Shown: positions 1 to 9,597 of the stretch, in pieces
Position numbering within the stretch: position 1 is the first letter of the stretch
How the letters are laid out: each line of letters starts with the position of its first letter
The notes under the pieces: generated by a model
What the model was told of the DNA's origin: nothing
Seen by the model: only the letters and a program-made list of their open reading frames with translations
Database searches by the model: none
Source: Candidatus Binatia bacterium
GTDB lineage: Bacteria > Desulfobacterota > Binatia > Bin18
Assembly (NCBI GenBank): GCA_963664395.2
Contig: OY761159.2
Span: forward strand, 1,600,001 to 1,664,000
DNA length: 64,000 bases
Direction: 5' to 3'
Program-made: the position numbers and the translations under genes

Positions 1-1
1 C

Positions 2-427
2 GTTCTGGCTGCAATCACCGATGGGATGCGGATTCTTCCCAATCCCGGCCTGCTCCTGGCCGTCTTTCTGGTGTCTCTGATGTTATGGTTCCTGCCTATT
101 TTGTCGAGCTACATCATGATCCGCGCCTTTGACCTGTCGGCTCCTTTCAGCGCGGCCTTGGTCATTTTTATTTTTATCAGCTTTGGAACGGCGCTGCCCA
201 ATCTGCCGGGCATGATCGGGCCGTATCAGTACGCGTGTCAGCTCGCACTTGGAATCTATGGGGTCAGTGAGGTGGACGGCCTGGCCTACGGCTTAGTCCT
301 CAACACCGTCCAGTTTCTGACCCTCATTGGTCAAGGGTTGATCGCCCTGCCCATTGCCGGGGTGAGTTTTTCTGATATTCGCCAGGCGGGCGCTCAGCTG
401 GCAAGGGAGAAAGCGGACGCGGGGTAG
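2..427 (+). CDS. Lysylphosphatidylglycerol synthase TM / flippase-like (UPF0104) membrane protein, 5'-truncated by window edge
   Basis: Frame is open from position 2; multiple TM segments; 'ALPNLPGMIGPYQ' resembles the family P-x-x-P-G-x-x-G motif. Confidence 0.7.
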   Translation, partial: VLAAITDGMRILPNPGLLLAVFLVSLMLWFLPILSSYIMIRAFDLSAPFSAALVIFIFISFGTALPNLPGMIGPYQYACQLALGIYGVSEVDGLAYGLVLNTVQFLTLIGQGLIALPIAGVSFSDIRQAGAQLAREKADAG

Positions 428-464
428 CGCACCAATTCTCTCCTCGCCCGGTGACAGTACGCCG

Positions 465-1823
465 TCAGAGCCAAATTTTCCCTGGATTAAGAATCCCGCC
501 TGGATCAAAGACGTGCTTAATACCCTTCATCAGCTCAAGCGCAGCACCGTGTTCTTGCGCCACATATTTCTGGCTGCCGAGACCAATGCCGTGCTCGCCT
601 GAAGCTGTTCCTCCAAGAGACAGGACAAGGGCGACCATCTCATCCTTGGCGTGGTTGGCGATTGTCCAGCGGTGTTCGTCTGCCGGGTCCTCACGCAAGA
701 GGGCGTGCAGAATGCCAAGCCCGGCGTGGCCAAAGGTATGCAGGACAACGCCGTGCCGTGCGGCAATCGCATAACTCTTTTCGATGACTTCAGGCAGACA
801 CGAGATGGGGAAACCCATATCAGTCCGAATCGTTTTGGCGCGCGGATTGAGAGCCTGAATCGCGCGGGTTGTAAAATGGCGAATCTCCCACGGGTTGCGT
901 CCTCCGGGCAGGAGTATCTGCTTGCCCTGGTTTTCTTCACACAGGCTGTGCGTCGTACCGAAAACTTCTTCAACCACACTCTCGGAACCGTGGACTTCAA
1001 CAAACAACGAGGGCAGCTCGGTGAGACCAAAATCCCGAAAGCGATTCAGGGCGGCGATGGAACGTTGGTCAAGAAACTCGACCGCGGCAAGATCAACCCC
1101 ATAGCGCAGCATGGACGCGATAGCGGTCACCGCTGCTTTTTCAGAAGGAAAGGTAAAAGCGCCTTGTTTCCGCCCCTGCGGCAGACCAACCAGAGAGAGC
1201 GTCAGTTCGGTCGCAATCCCCAACGTCCCTTCGGAACCAACCAGCAGCCCCAGCAGATGGTAGCCCGAAGACGTTTTACGGCTGCGCGTCCCAAGTTCAA
1301 GGACTGCGCCGGTGCCGGTCACCACGGTAGCGGCCTTGACGTGGGCGCGGGTCCCTCCGTATTTGACCGAGTAGATGCCACTGGCGTTGTTCGCCACCAT
1401 CCCACCAATTGTTGCAACATCAGAACTGCCACCGGGCGACGGAGGGAAAAACAGGCCGTGTGCTTTGAGTTGGTCATTCAGAGCATTGTAGACAATGCCG
1501 GGCTGAACCGTGACCTGAAGATCCTCGGCGTGCACGCTCACAAGGCGGTCCATACGGGAAAGGTCCAAAACGATTCCGCCTCGGACCGGAATAGGATTGC
1601 CCTCTAAACTTGACCCCGCTCCCCGTGCGGTCAGCGCCACATCCTGCGCATAGGCATAGCGCACGACCACCTGAACGTCTTCAGTCGTCTCCGGCCAGAC
1701 AACCACCTCGGGTAACGTGGGCGGACAGGCTGACTCATCGTGCGAGGCGCGTTCCAGGTCGGCGGGCTGGGTTGAGACCTGCCCTGGGGAAAGCAGCGCT
1801 GTCAGATCCTGTGTCAAAGACAT
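465..1823 (-). CDS. FAD-linked oxidase (GlcD / D-lactate dehydrogenase family)
   Basis: RGAGSSLEG, TIGGMVANNASG, GSEGTLG, GEHGIG and DP-GILNPGK motifs; probable start ATG 1823 just after typA stop. Confidence 0.9.
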   Translation of the reverse strand: MSLTQDLTALLSPGQVSTQPADLERASHDESACPPTLPEVVVWPETTEDVQVVVRYAYAQDVALTARGAGSSLEGNPIPVRGGIVLDLSRMDRLVSVHAEDLQVTVQPGIVYNALNDQLKAHGLFFPPSPGGSSDVATIGGMVANNASGIYSVKYGGTRAHVKAATVVTGTGAVLELGTRSRKTSSGYHLLGLLVGSEGTLGIATELTLSLVGLPQGRKQGAFTFPSEKAAVTAIASMLRYGVDLAAVEFLDQRSIAALNRFRDFGLTELPSLFVEVHGSESVVEEVFGTTHSLCEENQGKQILLPGGRNPWEIRHFTTRAIQALNPRAKTIRTDMGFPISCLPEVIEKSYAIAARHGVVLHTFGHAGLGILHALLREDPADEHRWTIANHAKDEMVALVLSLGGTASGEHGIGLGSQKYVAQEHGAALELMKGIKHVFDPGGILNPGKIWL

Positions 1824-1827
1824 AGGG

Positions 1828-3699
1828 CTACCCAAATTGACCGTTGGCAGCAGAGAGAGGGAGAGGTCCATCGTTCCGACGTTTGGGCCGCATGTTCCGG
1901 GCTAAGATCTTCTTGCGCAAGCGGATGGACTGCGGCGTCACTTCAACCAATTCATCAGCGCTAATCCATTCCAGGGCATCCTCTAAATCCATCGCTTTAT
2001 ACGGGACAAGGCGAACTGCCTCATCTCGACCGGACGCTCGGACATTAGTCAGCTTCTTCTCTCGACTCACATTCACATCGAGATCTTTATCGCGCGAATT
2101 TTCCCCGACCACCATGCCCTCATACACCCGAGTGCCGGCCGGAATAAAGAATACCCCGCGCTCCTGCAAATGAAAAAGCGAATACGGGGTCGCCGGCCCT
2201 TCACGGTCTGCGACCAGGGCTCCGTTAATGCGGTTCTGGATCGACCCGTGCCAGGGGGCATACCCGTTGAATAGGGTGTTCATAATGCCCGTGCCGCGCG
2301 TATCCGTCAGAAAACGCGAACGAAAGCCAATCAAACCGCGTGACGGAACAGAGAACTCCATACATACCCGGCCTGACTCCGGTGGAGCCATGTTTGTCAT
2401 GATCCCTTTACGCTGGGCCATGAGGTGAGAGACCTGGCCTACATAGTCTTCTTGGACGTCGATGAGTGAGAGCTCCATCGGCTCCTGGAGTTGGCCTTCA
2501 ATTTCTTTCACGATGACAGTCGGCTTGGACACCTGGAGCTCATAGCCTTCCCGACGCATGGTCTCAATCACGACCGAGAGCTGGAGTTCGCCCCGTCCCA
2601 GCACCCGAAAGGTATCAGGAGAATCGGTCTCTTCCACGTGCAGGCTCACGTTTTTATGCACCTCGGCGAAGAGCCGTTCGCGGATTCTGCGCGACGTCAT
2701 ATATTGCCCTTCCCGTCCCGCCCAGGGGCTAGTGTTCACCCCAAAGATCATAGCCAGAGTCGGATCATCAATCTGAATCGTGGGCAGGGCCACCGGATGT
2801 GCACTATCAGAGATCGTCTCTCCGATCTGAATCTCTTCAATACCGGCAACCGCGACAATGTCGCCGGCCTGCGCGGACGCTATCTCGTGCCGTTTGAGAC
2901 CCTGCCAACTATACAGCCGGGCGATTTTACACGGCACGAGGGAGCCGTCATCACGACACAGCGTATAGGCTTCCGTGCTCCGGAGCTCACCTTGGATAAT
3001 GCGACCGATAGCAATCCGGCCAACATAATCGTTATAGTCCAGATTATTCACGTGGAACTGAACGGGCCCGTCCACAGCATGGAACGGGCCCGGCAGGGCA
3101 GAGATAATCAGGTCAAAGAGCGGCTGAAGATTCTGCCCCTCTTCGGCCAGGTCGCGTTTGGCAATACCGGCCCGGGCGTTGGTGTACACCACGGGAAACG
3201 CAAGCTGCTCGTCTGAGGCATCCAGATCAATGAAGAGGTCGTAGACTTCATCCAGCACTGTGGCGACCCGCGCGTCCGGGCGGTCAATCTTGTTAATACA
3301 GACAATCGATGGCAGCCCGGCTTCCAGCGCTTTCTTCAGTACAAAGCGCGTTTGGGGCAGCGGACCTTCCGAGGCGTCGACCAAGAGCATCACGCTGTCA
3401 ACTATAGCCAGCGAGCGCTCAACCTCTCCGCCAAAATCCGCGTGACCCGGCGTATCGACAAAATTAATTTTCACGCCTTGATACGAGAGCGCGGCATTCT
3501 TGGCCAAGATGGTAATGCCGCGTTCGCGCTCCAGCACAAACGAGTCCATCACCCGCTCTGCTACCTGTTCATTGTCCCGAAAAGTGCCGCTCTGTTTGAG
3601 CAGGGCGTCAATCAGGGTGGTTTTGCCATGATCGACATGGGCGATAATGGCGACGTTTCGAATATCATCACGCCGGGGCGTGCCGTTGTGCAAAATCAT
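1828..3699 (-). CDS. typA: Translational GTPase TypA/BipA
   Basis: [57 protein letters not shown]. Confidence 0.98.
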   Translation of the reverse strand: MILHNGTPRRDDIRNVAIIAHVDHGKTTLIDALLKQSGTFRDNEQVAERVMDSFVLERERGITILAKNAALSYQGVKINFVDTPGHADFGGEVERSLAIVDSVMLLVDASEGPLPQTRFVLKKALEAGLPSIVCINKIDRPDARVATVLDEVYDLFIDLDASDEQLAFPVVYTNARAGIAKRDLAEEGQNLQPLFDLIISALPGPFHAVDGPVQFHVNNLDYNDYVGRIAIGRIIQGELRSTEAYTLCRDDGSLVPCKIARLYSWQGLKRHEIASAQAGDIVAVAGIEEIQIGETISDSAHPVALPTIQIDDPTLAMIFGVNTSPWAGREGQYMTSRRIRERLFAEVHKNVSLHVEETDSPDTFRVLGRGELQLSVVIETMRREGYELQVSKPTVIVKEIEGQLQEPMELSLIDVQEDYVGQVSHLMAQRKGIMTNMAPPESGRVCMEFSVPSRGLIGFRSRFLTDTRGTGIMNTLFNGYAPWHGSIQNRINGALVADREGPATPYSLFHLQERGVFFIPAGTRVYEGMVVGENSRDKDLDVNVSREKKLTNVRASGRDEAVRLVPYKAMDLEDALEWISADELVEVTPQSIRLRKKILARNMRPKRRNDGPLPLSAANGQFG

Positions 3700-3744
3700 A
3701 TCCTCCCTACACGTTTACTTTTTCTCTCACCAAAAGTTTAAAAT

Positions 3745-3780
3745 CTATACCGAGAATGTTCCCAGACCGTGGGCAATATC
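3745..3780 (-). repeat. Probable decayed copy of the SDR gene 3' end (7041-7076)
   Basis: Reads DIAHGLGTFSV* versus DIDGGMVKYMV*; 22/36 nt identical, ungapped, same stop position (manual count). Confidence 0.45.
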
Positions 3781-3812
3781 TCGGTTACGAGCTAGTTCCA
3801 GACTTCGGGCGG

Positions 3813-3837
3813 CCCGCTATCGGAAAGCCGTAGCGGG
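3813..3837. terminator. GC-rich hairpin downstream of vapC
   Basis: CCCGCTA-TCGG-AAAG-CCG-TAGCGGG inverted repeat; no clear U-tract. Confidence 0.4.
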
Positions 3838-3846
3838 TCAACCCGC

Positions 3847-4248
3847 TCACTCCCGTGCATCCAGCCGGCGTAACTGGCCGGCCCAGCCGAGAATCCGCCG
3901 GTCGGCAGTCACCAGTTGATGACCGCCCAGCAGTGCGGTCGCCACGATCAGACGGTCGGCAGGGTCGCCAGGCAGGCTCGCGAGCCCGGCGGCATGGGTA
4001 CCTATTTCGCCATCCACGGTAATCTCGACCAGACCGTCGTCCAGAAGAGTGCGACGCCACGCACCAATGTCCTGCAGCAAGGTCAACCTGCCCTTATCGT
4101 GTAGCATAGCGACTTCCCAGAAAGAGATCGCGGAGACCGCGACAGCTTGTGCTGTCCAGGACGGCTCCACCGCTTCACGAGTCCGCCGTCCGAGCCTCCG
4201 GTCACCAATGCGCAGCCAGAGCAGAACGTGGGTGTCCAGCAGGATCAC
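3847..4248 (-). CDS. vapC: VapC/PIN toxin
   Basis: ILLDTHVLLW, SAISFWEVAML, DPADRLIVATA, LVTAD; GTG start overlaps antitoxin stop (GTGA). Confidence 0.92.
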   Translation of the reverse strand: MILLDTHVLLWLRIGDRRLGRRTREAVEPSWTAQAVAVSAISFWEVAMLHDKGRLTLLQDIGAWRRTLLDDGLVEITVDGEIGTHAAGLASLPGDPADRLIVATALLGGHQLVTADRRILGWAGQLRRLDARE

Positions 4249-4526
4249 AGCCGTCCGCCCTGGTTCGTACCAGCCATTACCTCCCATTCCACATCAACCG
4301 GTTCCATGATGTCGCCGTGTATCTGAAGGACATCCCGATCCCGGCCAAAAGGCGTCTTCGGGGTCGGGAGGTAGGGCGCTAGCCGCGAGATCGGACGGCC
4401 GTTCTTGGTGATGATGATCTCGGCGCCGCCCTCTGCGACTTCGTCCATGAGCTTGAGACATTTGGCCTTGAACTCCGACGCTTTCATGGTCCGCGGGCTC
4501 CGCACTCTATCGGATCTCTCTTTCAT
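4245..4526 (-). CDS. Phd/YefM-family antitoxin
   Basis: MKASEFKAKCLKLMDEV...IIITKNGRPISRL; start may be 4487. Confidence 0.92.
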   Translation of the reverse strand: MKERSDRVRSPRTMKASEFKAKCLKLMDEVAEGGAEIIITKNGRPISRLAPYLPTPKTPFGRDRDVLQIHGDIMEPVDVEWEVMAGTNQGGRL

Positions 4527-4573
4527 TGGACGTCTTCTCTCGTGGCGATTTGTCTGATCGCATATATGGCTAC

Positions 4574-4606
4574 AGTTATACGGCTATAACTATGGTCATG
4601 ACCATA
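4574..4606. promoter_or_regulatory. Tandem palindromes, likely Phd-VapC autorepression operator
   Basis: AGTTATA-cggc-TATAACT (4574-4591) and perfect TATGGTCATGACCATA (4591-4606) upstream of the antitoxin. Confidence 0.65.
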
Positions 4607-4699
4607 TAATGCCGTGCGGCCCACCGCAACGCGGCCCGCACCTTAAACATTTTGCACCCACGATACTCCGCCCTCTGTACGCAGGCTCTTCTCGCTACT

Positions 4700-6270
4700 T
4701 TACGGGAAGCGTACAAAGCTGAAGCGGCTTTTCTTCAGATCAGCCAAGAATGGCTGATCCTCACTTCTGAGCGTTTTCTCTATCCACACCTGATAGATCA
4801 AAAGCCAAAGGCGGTCTTTTTCTCGGGGGTCCGCGCCTCTGAGCTTTTTCGACCGCTCTCGGATTACGTTTTGAATACTTTTGATTCCGTGTCGTTTTGC
4901 ATACTCTCGTAGCAACACCATCGAAACGCAGTCATCGATTTCGATAATCTTTTTGGTGATCTCCTTTTCGAGCTTGTCCTCCGACATGTTGAATTGGAGG
5001 CCATATTTGAGCGAGTAGTACAGCGCGTGGGCGATGGCATCCGGGTAAATCCTCTGAATCCCAATCGCGAGGAGTTCATCAGCGAACTCACGCATAACTT
5101 TCTCCATTCCATCATAGCGATGTTTGTCGAAAACATGCTCGTCCAGGAGTGGAGCAAGATACGGATATAGCAATGCCAAGTTGACAACGTGTTGAACAAA
5201 AAGTCGCTTCGCTCGACGGTTGAGACGCTTAGGAATCATCTTGATAGCATAGTTCAAAACGGCATAGGTCTCCGCTCCGTGCGATAGCTTCAACGCTAAA
5301 TCTAGTAATGCTTGAACCGGCCCAAAGCTGATTTTTCCTTTGCCCGGAAATCGGAAACTGTTTAATGCTTGAACCCAATCCTCTTCCAGCGGCACAGGCA
5401 TGGGCAGAATGTCAGTCTTGCGTTCGTTCAGTGTAAGCTCGTACTCGCGTAACTGTATCGCAAGGTCATGGATGAAGTTCTCAGCTTCGTTGTGGGTTTT
5501 GGCGTAGAAAGTGTAGTCGTCGATATTACGACTAAACCCTTCGTATCCCTTCTGGAGCATCTTATGATCAATTTGGGTCAGTATTATCTCGGAAATAACA
5601 TTGGATGTGTGCGGCCCGATCAGGAGCCCGTTTGTCTGCCCGTCTCGGGTATTCTGAGTGGCTTTATCCAAAAGATTTCCCAACAACGAGAGGCGGTAGT
5701 TCTTTTTTGACTTGCTACGCCCATGCAGTGCCCATGGGATCGAGTGGGTGTAGATGCTGGGAAAGTATTTCGAGATGTCGGTACGGACGACATAGTGCGC
5801 ACCTGTCATCATATGAATATCTACCTCTTCGTTCTCGAAGCGTTCCTTTCCTTTGTAATTCATATGGAAAATACGCTTGCTCGAAGTTTTGCGAGCAAAG
5901 ATGCGGCTCACGGGCGTCTTCGGTTTCGCGCAGTGACTTTTTATTTTCGCCCAATGTCGCTTCAGGGCTAAGCACTGGACAATGTGGCTTTTAGGGTGGG
6001 GAACCCCATCTGACGAGGGATGTTAACATCACGCAGTGCTTCATAGCGGATGAAATCGTGTCTTGTTTTAAGAAGATTTTTCAACCTATTTTCATTGTTT
6101 TCCGTGATTAGCTCTAGAAGATTTTCCGGTATGAGTTTGGAAAGTCCTTCGGAGGTAAAACAGGGTGGAAGCTTTTCACCGAATAGACCGTAGTCAACCA
6201 AGCCTACGAACGCCTCGTCCGCCGAAAGACCGCGCCCTGTTGTTTGTCGCATGGACGTAAGCTCACTCAT
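4700..6270 (-). pseudogene. UG/Abi-type (defence-associated) reverse transcriptase with helical C-terminal region, split by a 1-nt frameshift near 6004
   Basis: N-part LVDYGLFGEKLPPCF...IPRQMG joins in a shifted frame to PHPKSHIVQCL...DISKYFPSIYTHSIPWALHG...GLLIGPHTSNVISEIIL...RNIDDY; restored length about 523 aa. Confidence 0.85.
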
Positions 6271-6353
6271 GGCGTCGCAGTGTTCACCGGAGTAGGTCCT
6301 CTTTACCTCGGCATGGTGTTTGCCAGATGGAGGGTTACAGGCGGGCCTTCCGT

Positions 6354-6758
6354 TTACGAGCGAGACGGCGCGATAATGTCGCACCGAGGGCCGCTGGCAC
6401 GGCTGAGCCGGCGGTCCAGCGTCATCAGCGGGCAGTCGAGCGCCTCGGCGAGGGCTACATACCAGGCGTCGTAGCTGGTCAGGTTGGCCCGTAATGCCCA
6501 GACGCGCTCGGCAAACGGCGCGAAGGGGAAATATAACTCAAGGGCAAGCCGCAGCAAGTCTCTGTGTGCGCTCGTCGCCTCAAGACGCGATATTTCGCCG
6601 GCGTGCTCCAGGCGGCGCAGAATATTGCTGGCCTCAACCAAGGCCAACTCCGGCCCGGCCAAGGAACCTTCGGCAAGGGCCGCCTCCGCCCATTGCCCGG
6701 CCTGCCCCGCATCGACCAAGGCCGCGACAAGCACGGACGCATCAACGACTCTCGTCAT
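6354..6758 (-). CDS. vapC: VapC/PIN toxin
   Basis: VVDASVLV, LTSYDAWYVALAEAL, LMTLDRRL. Confidence 0.92.
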   Translation of the reverse strand: MTRVVDASVLVAALVDAGQAGQWAEAALAEGSLAGPELALVEASNILRRLEHAGEISRLEATSAHRDLLRLALELYFPFAPFAERVWALRANLTSYDAWYVALAEALDCPLMTLDRRLSRASGPRCDIIAPSRS

Positions 6759-6991
6759 GTTCGGTCCGCATCACGGGCGTGCAGAATACTGGCCGGTCGG
6801 ACACGAGTTCCTGCGGCGTCCTTGCGGTCGCGCACCCCCTGTAACCATTCGTCAACAGTGGGCCGGGACGCAATGCGCTCTAGCTCTCCGCGCAGGAATT
6901 CCTGCATGGACTGGTGCTGCTGTGCGGCACGCGCCGCAAGTATGTCGCGCACGGTCTCGGGGACGCCTCGTATCGTAATTTGGACTGGCAT
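6755..6991 (-). CDS. FitA-like ribbon-helix-helix antitoxin
   Basis: QITIRGVPETVRDILAARAA...SMQEFLR; ATGA overlap with toxin; TGACAGCA direct repeats at 6991 and 7011. Confidence 0.88.
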   Translation of the reverse strand: MPVQITIRGVPETVRDILAARAAQQHQSMQEFLRGELERIASRPTVDEWLQGVRDRKDAAGTRVRPASILHARDADRT

Positions 6992-7040
6992 GACAGCATT
7001 ACACCATCGTTGACAGCAGACTGCAATCGACCCCTTCTCC

Positions 7041-7814
7041 CTACACCATGTACTTCACCATCCCGCCGTCAATGTCATAGGCCGCACCCGTAATAAAACT
7101 CGCCCGCTCTGATGCCAGGAAGGTCACCAAGCTGGCAATCTCTTCGGGGCGGCCGAAACGACCCAGCGGGATATTCGCCTGCGCAAACCCTTCGATCATG
7201 CCATCCGGGTCTTCAGGGTTAATCATCTTTGCAGCGTTCTCCCACAACGGAGTACGAACCGGCCCCGGACACACGGCATTGACCAAGACGTTGTCTTTGG
7301 CGAGTTCATCGGCCAATGTCTTGGTTAGACTAATCACCGCCGCCTTGGTCGCGTTATAATCAATCATACCACCACCCGGTTGCTTCCCGAAAATCGAAGA
7401 GATGTTGATAATCCGACCCCAGCGCTGCTCACGCATGCGCGGCAGGGCGAGGCGGGAACAGCGCAGCACACTAAAAAGATTCGCGTCAATATTTTCCTGC
7501 CAGGCTTTATCAGGCAGATCGAGCAATTGACTTAAATGCATCCCACCGGCGTTATTGACAAGAATATCGAGCCGGCCGAACCGCTCGCCTGTTTGGGCAA
7601 AGAGTTTTTCGATGTCCGCTACTTGGGTCATATCGGCCTGTATCGCCAGCACCCCAGAGCCCAGCTCACGCGCTGTTTGGTCGAGCTGCTCCCGGTTGCG
7701 GGCACACAGCGCAACGTGCACCCCTTCTTGGACAAAACTCTCCGCAATTGCGCGGCCAATGCCATAACTTGCGCCGGTGATGATTGCCACACGGTCCTGT
7801 AAACCAAAATCCAT
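7041..7814 (-). CDS. Short-chain dehydrogenase/reductase (SDR)
   Basis: TGASYGIG, LVNNAG, YNATK, NAVCPG; GAGGAGG RBS before ATG 7814. Confidence 0.95.
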   Translation of the reverse strand: MDFGLQDRVAIITGASYGIGRAIAESFVQEGVHVALCARNREQLDQTARELGSGVLAIQADMTQVADIEKLFAQTGERFGRLDILVNNAGGMHLSQLLDLPDKAWQENIDANLFSVLRCSRLALPRMREQRWGRIINISSIFGKQPGGGMIDYNATKAAVISLTKTLADELAKDNVLVNAVCPGPVRTPLWENAAKMINPEDPDGMIEGFAQANIPLGRFGRPEEIASLVTFLASERASFITGAAYDIDGGMVKYMV

Positions 7815-8138
7815 ACGTTCCTCCTCACAGTGCCATATGCGAGATTGCCTGCGTTGGTTGTGCGCGCCTATTTTCCTGGCATTCAAGAGACTGTCAAGAG
7901 AGGAAAAATGAAAATCGGTCCAGTGATGTTTTGGCGGGCTGCTCTCAAAAGAAAGCCCATCCTCATACCATACCCGTATGCAAGAACCAATACCCAGCGG
8001 TTAGTGGCGGAACCGACCTCTCCATCGTCCGCAGCACGGCGGCGTTGCGCGTCACGCCCAGGAAGCGCAAGATGTATCCGAACTCGTTGAGGGGCAAGGA
8101 AGTGCGCCGGCTGGAATGCCGGCGTGACCAACGCTGCT

Positions 8139-8924
8139 ATGCTGAAAGCCGTCTTTTTTGACTTTGATGGAACCCTGGCTGACGACGGCGCAACGATTGA
8201 TCAGGCGCTCCACGCTGCATGTGCGGTGATATGCGAACGCTGGCCAGACCTCGGTGCGACGCCTCTTGAATCAACATACCGCCAGATCTCCGATCGCGCC
8301 TGGGGAGATTATGATCGCTACCTCCGCCCCCTCGGGTCACCTGAATCCATGCTCGCCTCCCTGTGGCAGCAAACCCTTGAACGGTTTGGTTACTATGAGG
8401 CAGGAGTCGCACACGACGCAGCCACGACCTATTGGCAACAGCGTTTACACGCCTGTCAACCGTATCCTGATGTTCTGCCCTTCCTATCAGACCTGACACA
8501 GCTCTTTCATGTGAGTCTGCTCACCAACGGTGCCCCCAGCATGCAGCGGGCGAAAGTGAAAGCAGCCGGTCTCCAGGAGTATTTCCGCGATATCTTCGTC
8601 GGGGGCGAGTTTGACCAGGGCAAACCCGCTCCTTTTATCTTCTCCGCCGCTCTCAAAGCCGCCACCTGCCATCCCGAAGAAGCAGTGTACATCGGAGACT
8701 CTCTCCTGCACGACGTCGTTGGCGCCCGCAAAAGTGGTCTGCACAGCGTCTGGCTCAATCGCAAGCGGCAGCACAAACAAGAGGTCATTCAAGCCTATGC
8801 GCGGAGCGGCAGGGCTGATACGACGAACGCTGCTCCGCAACAGCGTCAGCTTGAGCAGTTGGCCCAGCCCGATTTTGAGATTACACATCTCACCGCGCTC
8901 TCAGCCTGCCTGGAACAACTCTAG
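8139..8924 (+). CDS. HAD-family hydrolase
   Basis: FDFDGTL, LLTNG, KP, YIGDSLLHDVVGA. Confidence 0.92.
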   Translation: MLKAVFFDFDGTLADDGATIDQALHAACAVICERWPDLGATPLESTYRQISDRAWGDYDRYLRPLGSPESMLASLWQQTLERFGYYEAGVAHDAATTYWQQRLHACQPYPDVLPFLSDLTQLFHVSLLTNGAPSMQRAKVKAAGLQEYFRDIFVGGEFDQGKPAPFIFSAALKAATCHPEEAVYIGDSLLHDVVGARKSGLHSVWLNRKRQHKQEVIQAYARSGRADTTNAAPQQRQLEQLAQPDFEITHLTALSACLEQL

Positions 8925-8984
8925 GGATTTTCCGGACTGCTCTTCTTCTGCTCCCTTGTCCGAATAGTGTCCCACTGATAGCTG

Positions 8985-9575
8985 ATGCAGTATGAGGCAG
9001 AAGGGACCGGCATGGAAAAAAACGCCTACAAAATCCTGTTGTTCAATTATTATCGAGATGCCGAATTGCGCGGGGCAGACTTGATTCTGCGTCTTATCAA
9101 CCGTGCGGAGAATCAGAATATTCAAGAAAAGTTGACCCGTCATTTAGCCGATGCGACCAATCACGCCTGGCTCTGGACTGAGCGCATTCGGGCGCTTGGC
9201 GGTGAGCCTCTGCGGATTGAGAATGGCTACCATCGTCAACTCCGGCGCAAGGCCGGTCTGCCGGCTAATTTTCTTGACCTCCTGGCGCTCACCTGCGCCG
9301 TTGCCGAGCGGGCGCACAAACGGTATGCGGAACATGCCACTCGGCCCGATGTCGCTCCGGAGACGCTCACGGTTCTGCATGAGATGCAGGCAGATGAGAA
9401 AGCGCACCTGACCTGGATTATCGAAAAGATCGCTGAACTCGAAGCCAGAGAAGGCAAGGAAAAGGTGGACGCCGCCCTTCGGCATTATCGGGAGATAGAG
9501 GCAGCTGTTTTTGCCGACATGCAGCAAGAGGAGCAGCGCGCCTTAGCCCAGGTTGGGCCGGACGAAACCAGCTGA
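8985..9575 (+). CDS. Ferritin-like domain protein
   Basis: YYRDAELRG, HLADATNH and ADEKAH helical diiron-type pattern; start may be 9012. Confidence 0.7.
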   Translation: MQYEAEGTGMEKNAYKILLFNYYRDAELRGADLILRLINRAENQNIQEKLTRHLADATNHAWLWTERIRALGGEPLRIENGYHRQLRRKAGLPANFLDLLALTCAVAERAHKRYAEHATRPDVAPETLTVLHEMQADEKAHLTWIIEKIAELEAREGKEKVDAALRHYREIEAAVFADMQQEEQRALAQVGPDETS

Positions 9576-9597
9576 GGCCACCGGTCGGGCGAGCCGC

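Noticed and set aside
651-1607. Long antisense or alternate-frame ORFs (also 10606-11400, 28429-29220, 29318-30091, 50782-51591, 53682-54494)
   Set aside because: They shadow well-supported genes in GC-rich DNA and carry no motifs.
4643-4699. SSEKSLRTEGGVSWVQNV* after the RT stop as another SDR-end relic
   Set aside because: Similarity is limited to E/DGG and the terminal V; too weak at nucleotide level.
6271-6353. Retron msr-msd or DRT ncRNA upstream of the RT
   Set aside because: Only about 83 bp, no flanking inverted repeats, and no retron VTG motif seen in the RT.
7887-8138. Gene remnant or sRNA between the SDR and HAD genes
   Set aside because: Short open frames exist on both strands, but I recognise no motif or structure.
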